DNA of 44,377 nucleotides, from NCBI RefSeq assembly GCF_019242355.1, contig NZ_JAFAVR010000065.1:1-44377 (forward strand). Direction: 5' to 3'. Below are positions 38,663 through 44,377 of this stretch, one piece after another. The stretch comes from Sphingomonas sp. (lineage in GTDB: Bacteria > Pseudomonadota > Alphaproteobacteria > Sphingomonadales > Sphingomonadaceae). The notes under the pieces were generated by a model that did not search any database, was not told the DNA's origin, and saw only the letters and a list, made by a program, of their open reading frames with translations. Both the position numbers and the translations under genes were made by a program. How positions within the stretch are numbered: position 1 is the stretch's first letter; every line of letters starts with the position of its first letter.

Positions 38663-40258
38663 TCAGACGATGCTGTCCTCGATCTGGTCTCGCGCCACTG
38701 CCGCCTGCTCGGCTTCGCGAAGCTCGCGCACGTCGCTCTTGTCCATCCGGAAAAGCTCGCGATCCTCGGGCCCGAAGCCCTTCGTCCAGAGTACGGCACC
38801 GAATGCCAGCAGGATTGCCGGAACGCCGGCCAGCTGCAGCATGTCGGGGAGCAGCCATTCGACCGCGGCCCCCGCCAGCACACCGGCGGCAGCGGCCCAG
38901 GCGATGTCCCAGCGCCATCCGGACACCGGTGCTCCGAGCTGGCGACGGAGCAGCCACGACTTCGCGATCGATGAAAAGGCGAGCGCGATGCAAAGAGCCA
39001 TTGCCGGCCCCGTCGCCTGGTAGGCGGGCGGCAGGCCTTCGTTCCGCATCGCAAGGATTAGCGCGGCGGCGAGGCCGGCCTCGATCGCGAGCATCACCAG
39101 GCTGATCGCCATGTTCCGCTTGCGCGCGACATAGATCAGCGCCGCCTCGCTGACGACGGCGGTTGCCGCGATGACTTCGGCGGCGAGCAGGAAGCTGACC
39201 ATGGCCGTGCCGCCGGTGAAGGCCGAACCGACCAGGCCCATGACCGCGCGTCCCGGAATCCCGAGCGCGAGCGCAATGCCGGCCTGCGCGGCGATGATCC
39301 AGTAGGTGACCTGCCGAACCTGCTTCGCGATCCCGGCGCGGTCGTTTAACGCGAGCCGCCGGACGATCGCCGGGCCGAGAACGGGCTCGAAACTCGTTTT
39401 CAGTTTCGCGGGCAGGGTCGCGACCTGCTGCGCCGCATAATAGATGCCGACGAAGCTCGCCGGTACGAACGCCCCAAGCACGGCAAGGTCGATCCGACGC
39501 GACGCCCATTCGACCGTATCGGCGGCGGCAAGGGGGGCGTTGTGAACCGCCGTGCCCCAGGCGGTGCGAAGGTCCGGCTTCCAGCCATGGGGCAAGCGAT
39601 AGCAGCGGAACAGTGGGATCAGAGCCGCGACGAGCGCCGCCACCATCGACAGCACATATGCGATGATGAGGCCGTCGCCCCGGCTGACCATCACCGGATC
39701 GAACGACAAGGCGAAGGCGGCGATGCTTATAACCCAAGGCTGCACGATGGATCGGGACCGCACGGTCGAGGCGACGTCATGGTGGAATGCCAGCCCTGCC
39801 AGCGCGATGTCGGTCCAGGAAATCGCGATGACGGTGATCGCCAGCAGGCGGTCGAGTCCCCCGACGGGCGTCGTCGGATACATCGCCTTGGGCAGCGCGA
39901 TTAGGATCGCCATGCCAAGGGCCGCTCCCATTGCCGCGACCAGCAGCGCGTCGGCGACGATGCAGGCTTGCGGCTTCTTCGCATCGGCGAGCAGCTGCGC
40001 AAGGCCGCGCCGCAGCCCGAGGGCGGCGATCTGCGCGGCGAACTCGACGACCAGTACGGCATAGGCGAACCGTCCGAGCGCCGCGGCGCCGTAGATACGC
40101 CCGCCGATGAACAGGAACGGGACCATCCCGGCCAGCCGAAGGACGAAGCCGAAGATGTTGAGCCGACCGCCGCGTGCCAGGGTCGCCATGTCGGCGTCGG
40201 GTGCGGACACCGCCGGCTCTGGCGTGACGCTGGCCTGTGTCCCCCCCGCGTCGCTCAA
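38663..40258 (-). CDS. Wzx/MOP-superfamily polysaccharide flippase-like membrane protein
   Basis: About 14 TM helices; RIYGAAALG, RRIDLAVLG, VGIYYAAQQ, SFEPVLGP. TTG start overlapping the polA stop (alternative ATG 40189). Confidence 0.78.
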   Translation of the reverse strand: MSDAGGTQASVTPEPAVSAPDADMATLARGGRLNIFGFVLRLAGMVPFLFIGGRIYGAAALGRFAYAVLVVEFAAQIAALGLRRGLAQLLADAKKPQACIVADALLVAAMGAALGMAILIALPKAMYPTTPVGGLDRLLAITVIAISWTDIALAGLAFHHDVASTVRSRSIVQPWVISIAAFALSFDPVMVSRGDGLIIAYVLSMVAALVAALIPLFRCYRLPHGWKPDLRTAWGTAVHNAPLAAADTVEWASRRIDLAVLGAFVPASFVGIYYAAQQVATLPAKLKTSFEPVLGPAIVRRLALNDRAGIAKQVRQVTYWIIAAQAGIALALGIPGRAVMGLVGSAFTGGTAMVSFLLAAEVIAATAVVSEAALIYVARKRNMAISLVMLAIEAGLAAALILAMRNEGLPPAYQATGPAMALCIALAFSSIAKSWLLRRQLGAPVSGWRWDIAWAAAAGVLAGAAVEWLLPDMLQLAGVPAILLAFGAVLWTKGFGPEDRELFRMDKSDVRELREAEQAAVARDQIEDSIV

Positions 40259-43110
40259 TGCGCTGCGCCCCAATGCTCTCCCCACCCGACCTCGACGTCG
40301 AGCGGCACGTCAAGTGTCATCGCTGGCTCGGCGGCCTCGGCCATCACCTTCTTGATGACTGCGGCGGCTTCCTCTTCGCGACCGTCGGGCACTTCGAACA
40401 CGAGTTCGTCGTGCACCTGTAGAAGCATCCGCACCCCGTCGAGACCGGCGGCGGCAAGCGCATCGTCCATCCGCGCCATTGCGCGCTTGATAAGGTCGGC
40501 GCTGCTGCCCTGGATCGGCGCGTTGACTGCGGCCCGCTCAGCCCCCGCGCGGATGGACGGGTTGGACGACCGGATGTTGGGCTCAAAATGCGTCTTCCGG
40601 CCGAACAGGGTCTTGGTGAAGCCATGCTGCCGCGCAAACTCCAGCGTGCTGTGGGTGAACGACCGGATGCCCGGAAACCGCTCATAATAGCGATCGATGA
40701 TCGCCTTGCCTTCCTCCTTTGGAAGACCGAGCCGCCCGGCGATTCCCCAGGCCGAGCTTCCGTAGAGGATGGCGAAGTTGATCGTCTTGGCCTGGTTGCG
40801 CGTGTCGCGGTCGACCCGGCCGAACAGTTCCTCCGCGGTCAGGCTGTGGATGTCGATGCCGCCCCGGAACGCGTCCTTGAGCTGCGGTACGTCGGCCATG
40901 TGCGCCGCGAGCCGAAGCTCGATCTGGCTGTAGTCGGCGCTCAGCAGCTTGTATCCCGGCTCGGCGACGAAGGCGTCGCGGATCTTGCGGCCGATCTCGG
41001 TGCGGATGGGAATGTTCTGCAGGTTGGGGTCGTTCGACGACAGGCGACCGGTCTGCGCGCCCGTCATCGAGTAACTGGTGTGGACCCGGCCCGTCTCCGG
41101 ATTGATCTGTGCCTGCAGCGCTTCAGTGTATGTCGACCGCAGCTTGGTCAGCTGGCGCCATTCGAGCACCAGCCCCGCGCACTCGACCCCCTCCGCCGCC
41201 AACCGTTCCAGTTCGTTGACGTCGGTCGAATATTGACCGCTCTTGCCCTTGCGGCCGCCTTTGAGGCCAAGGCGCCCATAGAGCACTTCGCCGAGCTGCG
41301 CCGGCGACCCGATCGTGAACGGTCCGCATGCCGCTTCGTAGATCCGTTCCTCGAGCTTCGCGGTCTCGTCGGCGAAGGTCTTGCTGAGCCCGGCGAGATA
41401 ATCCCGGTCGACCTTGATCCCGCGCCGCTCCATCCGGCCCAGCACCGGCACCAGCGGCCGGTCGACGCGGTCATAAACCCGCGCAACATTCTCCTGCGCA
41501 AGTCGCGGCTTCAGCCGCAGCCATAGCCGAAGCGCGATGTCCGCGTCCTCGGCGGCATATTCCGTGGCGGGGCCGAGCGGCACCTTGTCGAACGTGATCT
41601 GCTTCGCTCCGGTCCCGCACAGCTGCTTGAAGGTGATGCACTCGTGCTCGAAGTGGATCTTCGCCAGCTCGTCGAGCCCGTGCCCGAACGAGCGGCCCGC
41701 ATCGAGCGCGAAACTCATCACCATCGTGTCGTCGATCGGCGCGACGTCGATGCCGAGCTTGTCGAACATCACCCAATCATATTTGAAATTGTGCCCGATC
41801 TTGGTGACCGCCGGGTCTTCGAGCAGCGGCTTCAGCCTGTCGAGCACCAGCTGGAAGGGTAGCTGGTCCGGAGCGTCGGACAGCAAATCGGCGCCGCTGT
41901 GTCCGACCGGGATGTAACAGGCACGGTTCGGCGCGGTCGCAAGGCTTATCCCCGCAAGGCGGGCGATGATGCAGTCGATGCAATCAGTCTCGGTATCGAG
42001 CGCGACGTAACCCCGGGCCGTCGCCTCGGCGATCCAGCGGTCGAGCGCCGCCTCATCGGTGACGGTCTCGTACCTGGAGCGATCGACTTCGATCTGATCG
42101 GCCGGCGGCGGTGCGATCGCCTTCGACTCCATTGCCGCCATGACGCCATTGATGCCGCCGCCGCTGCTGCTTCTTCCTCCGGCGATTGCGCTGCCGCCGC
42201 CGTTGAGCCGGTTGAGCAGCGTCTTGAACCCCTGCTCTGTCAGGAACTCGCGCAGCGGCTCTTCGGGGATGCCCTTCAGCGACAGAGAATCCAGCGGCTC
42301 CGGCAGCTTGGCGTCGCAGACCAGCCGCACCAGCTCACGCGACAGGCGGGCATCGCCCGCATGGTCGATCAGCGACTGCTTGAGCTTGGGCTTCGTGATC
42401 TGGTCGGTGCTGGCCAGGACAGTCTCGAGGTCGCCGAACTGCTGGATCAACTGGCTCGCCGTCTTCGGTCCGATGCCCGGGACGCCTGGCACATTGTCGA
42501 CGCTGTCGCCCATCAGTGCCAGCACGTCGCCGACCTTGTCCGGCCCGACCCCGAACTTCTCGACGACGCTTGCCTCGGTGATGCGGCGATCGTTCATCGT
42601 ATCCAGCATGTCGACCTGATGATCGAACACCAGCTGCATCAAATCCTTGTCGGAGCTGACGATCGTCACCTTCCAGCCGGCGTTCCGCGCCGCGGTGACG
42701 TAGCAAGCGATGATGTCGTCGGCCTCCAGCCCCGCTTCCTCGATGCACGGGATCGAGAAGGCGCGCGTCGCGGTGCGGATGAGCGGGAATTGCGGGACCA
42801 AGTCTTCGGGCGGCGGCGGCCGGTGCGCTTTGTAGCCGTCGTACATATCGTTTCGAAACGTCTGCTCGGATGCATCCAGGATGACCGCCATATGGGTCGG
42901 TCCGTCGGCCTTGCTGAGCCCGTCGGCCAGCTTCCACAGCATGGTCGTATAGCCGTAGACCGCGCCGGCCGGCTGGCCATGGCGGTTGGTCAGCGGTGGC
43001 AGCCGGTGATAGGCGCGGAAGATGTAGCTCGACCCGTCGACGAGATAGAGATGGGGTTGGGCCTGCGCCGGGGTCTGACTCTGGTCTTGCGATGTGGCTG
43101 CGTCGGGCAT
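40255..43110 (-). CDS. polA: DNA polymerase I
   Basis: 5'-exo YLVDGSSYIFRAY/EADD/GDSVDNVPG; 3'-exo LDTET, HNFKYD, YAAEDAD; polymerase DYSQIELR, RNQAKTINF, QVHDEL. Confidence 0.98.
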   Translation of the reverse strand: MPDAATSQDQSQTPAQAQPHLYLVDGSSYIFRAYHRLPPLTNRHGQPAGAVYGYTTMLWKLADGLSKADGPTHMAVILDASEQTFRNDMYDGYKAHRPPPPEDLVPQFPLIRTATRAFSIPCIEEAGLEADDIIACYVTAARNAGWKVTIVSSDKDLMQLVFDHQVDMLDTMNDRRITEASVVEKFGVGPDKVGDVLALMGDSVDNVPGVPGIGPKTASQLIQQFGDLETVLASTDQITKPKLKQSLIDHAGDARLSRELVRLVCDAKLPEPLDSLSLKGIPEEPLREFLTEQGFKTLLNRLNGGGSAIAGGRSSSGGGINGVMAAMESKAIAPPPADQIEVDRSRYETVTDEAALDRWIAEATARGYVALDTETDCIDCIIARLAGISLATAPNRACYIPVGHSGADLLSDAPDQLPFQLVLDRLKPLLEDPAVTKIGHNFKYDWVMFDKLGIDVAPIDDTMVMSFALDAGRSFGHGLDELAKIHFEHECITFKQLCGTGAKQITFDKVPLGPATEYAAEDADIALRLWLRLKPRLAQENVARVYDRVDRPLVPVLGRMERRGIKVDRDYLAGLSKTFADETAKLEERIYEAACGPFTIGSPAQLGEVLYGRLGLKGGRKGKSGQYSTDVNELERLAAEGVECAGLVLEWRQLTKLRSTYTEALQAQINPETGRVHTSYSMTGAQTGRLSSNDPNLQNIPIRTEIGRKIRDAFVAEPGYKLLSADYSQIELRLAAHMADVPQLKDAFRGGIDIHSLTAEELFGRVDRDTRNQAKTINFAILYGSSAWGIAGRLGLPKEEGKAIIDRYYERFPGIRSFTHSTLEFARQHGFTKTLFGRKTHFEPNIRSSNPSIRAGAERAAVNAPIQGSSADLIKRAMARMDDALAAAGLDGVRMLLQVHDELVFEVPDGREEEAAAVIKKVMAEAAEPAMTLDVPLDVEVGWGEHWGAAH

Positions 43111-43211
43111 CAACGCCTGATCTAGCGAGCGCCGCGTCCTGATGCCAGCAGCGGCGGCCTTAGCGGCAGCCGACCGGGCCCTGGATTTATCGCCTTCGGC
43201 CTCAATCGGTC

Positions 43212-43394
43212 TTAGGCGGCGGTCACGAGATGCATGGCCAGCCTGCGGACTTCGGGCGAGAGCCCCCGCACGCGAAGCTCATAGGCTTCGGCGAGTTGCC
43301 GGTGCACTTCCCGAACCTGTGGATTTGCGGTTCGCAGGATTGCTTCCCGCTCCTCACGAGCCCTGCGGCCGTAATATTCGACATCCGGAACCAT
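43212..43394 (-). CDS. Small hypothetical helical-hairpin protein (60 aa)
   Basis: ATG 43394 after a G-rich SD-like run; MVPDVEYYGRRAREERE...REVHRQLAEAY. Fills the nadB-polA gap; the YY-x-RRA...H-xx-LA-xx-Y pattern resembles small uncharacterised sphingomonad proteins (from memory). Confidence 0.7.
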   Translation of the reverse strand: MVPDVEYYGRRAREEREAILRTANPQVREVHRQLAEAYELRVRGLSPEVRRLAMHLVTAA

Positions 43395-43448
43395 TGCGCC
43401 CACCCCCCGATGGCCAGCGTTAGGAACGTACCGAGTCGCCGTTCGAAG

Positions 43449-43457
43449 TTATCCACA
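43449..43457 (+). promoter_or_regulatory. Perfect DnaA box
   Basis: TTATCCACA in the intergenic region upstream of the small ORF and polA. Confidence 0.6.
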
Positions 43458-43550
43458 TAGCATGATTTTTGCGGGTGCTTGAGTCACCTGAGTTACTTTT
43501 GCGAGACGGCGCAAAAAAGGTACGGGCCGTTTGTCCACCATTCGAAAGAC

Positions 43551-44377
43551 CTAAGGCACCAAGATGGTGTCCTTCGGCTGCGGCAGCATCTCGGGGTAAT
43601 CGAGCGTGTAGTGGAGACCACGGCTCTCGTGCCTCGACAGCCCGGACCGGATAATGAGGTCGGCGACGTCGACCAAGTTGCGAAGCTCGATTAGGTCCGG
43701 AGTCACTCGGAAGTGAGCGTAATAATCGCGGACTTCCCGGCGCAGCATGTCGATCCGGTGCTTCGCCCGCTCCAGCCGCTTGGTGGTGCGGACGATGCCG
43801 ACATAATTCCACATGAAGCGCCGGATCTCGCCCCACGTCTGCGCAATGACGACTTCCTCGTCGCTGTCGGTGACCCGGCTTTCATCCCAGGGGCGGATGT
43901 CCGGTACCTCCGGCAGGTCGGGGAAATGAGCGACGATGTGCTTAGCCGCCGCCTCGCCGAACACCAGGCATTCGAGCAGGCTGTTGGACGCCAGTCGGTT
44001 GGCGCCGTGCAGGCCGGACTGCGTAACCTCCCCCGCCGCATAGAGCCCCACGGCGTCGGTGCGACCGTCGATATCCACGAGCACGCCACCGCATGTGTAA
44101 TGTTGTGCCGGAACGACCGGAATGGGCTGCCGGGTGATGTCGATGCCGAGCCCGATCAACTTTTCGTAGATATTCGGGAAATGCGCCTTCACGAATTCAG
44201 GGTCGCGGTGCGAGATATCGAGGAAGACGAAGTCGAGCCCGTCGCGCTTGATCTCATGGTCGATGGCCCGGGCGACGATGTCGCGGGGCGCTAGCTCACC
44301 CCGCTCGTCATAGTCCGGCATGAAGCGGTGGCCGGTCAGCGGATGCTTCAGCACTCCGCCCTCGCCGCGGACCGCTT
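43551..44377 (-). CDS. nadB: L-aspartate oxidase, 3' part (5' end beyond the window)
   Basis: [59 protein letters not shown]; frame open to the window edge. Confidence 0.95.
   Translation of the reverse strand, partial: AVRGEGGVLKHPLTGHRFMPDYDERGELAPRDIVARAIDHEIKRDGLDFVFLDISHRDPEFVKAHFPNIYEKLIGLGIDITRQPIPVVPAQHYTCGGVLVDIDGRTDAVGLYAAGEVTQSGLHGANRLASNSLLECLVFGEAAAKHIVAHFPDLPEVPDIRPWDESRVTDSDEEVVIAQTWGEIRRFMWNYVGIVRTTKRLERAKHRIDMLRREVRDYYAHFRVTPDLIELRNLVDVADLIIRSGLSRHESRGLHYTLDYPEMLPQPKDTILVP

Noticed and set aside
43423-43445. GGAAC...CGTT as an EcfG/sigmaT general-stress promoter
   Set aside because: The spacer is 12 nt; 16-17 is needed.
43497-43518. TTTTGCG-N6-CGCAAAA as the nadB terminator
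   Set aside because: Only 3 GC pairs, and the U-run precedes the stem on the nadB strand; kept only as a possible operator.
26069-43776. 16-nt direct repeat CTTCGCCCGCTCCAGC shared by the tRNA-Gly 3' end (26069-26084) and 43761-43776, resembling attL/attR of an island
   Set aside because: The second copy lies in nadB codons (LERAK), the enclosed DNA holds core genes (hemC, tsaD, purH, polA), and no integrase is present; most likely chance in high-GC DNA.

Overview
High-GC alphaproteobacterial chromosome segment, most likely Sphingomonadaceae (inferred from gene order and protein style). It starts in the probable replication origin upstream of hemE and continues through almost entirely core genes: hemE-hemJ-rho-TerC-mnmE-mnmG-rsmG-parA-parB with three parS sites; holA-lptE-leuS-DUF3576; a porin-like gene; thiE-like/yggS/HAD; ribA-xth-lolA-ftsK; UbiH-family, LON-N and cnoX; a GT-C membrane protein; tRNA-Gly(GCC); an aldehyde dehydrogenase; a class A beta-lactamase-like lipoprotein; mic60-like-hemD-hemC; tsaD-gpsA; DUF1674; rsmB-rpe-heparinase-like-purH; flippase-polA; a 60-aa orphan; and a truncated nadB. 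I saw no mobile element, CRISPR array, prophage or defence system, and no new multi-gene system that I can support. The most promising unexplained signals are non-coding or regulatory. (1) A ~105-nt three-hairpin sRNA candidate with C-rich loops lies between lolA and xth and shares a TGA-N8-TGA box with lolA. (2) The small orphan gene upstream of polA has a perfect DnaA box, GANTC sites and palindromes in its promoter. (3) A parS site overlaps the predicted -35 of the mnmG-parAB operon. (4) A CDS reads through a tRNA promoter into the tRNA, and an 11-bp inverted repeat could sequester the tRNA 3' end. (5) Leaderless and bidirectional promoter geometry is widespread. All calls were made by eye and no database searches were run.
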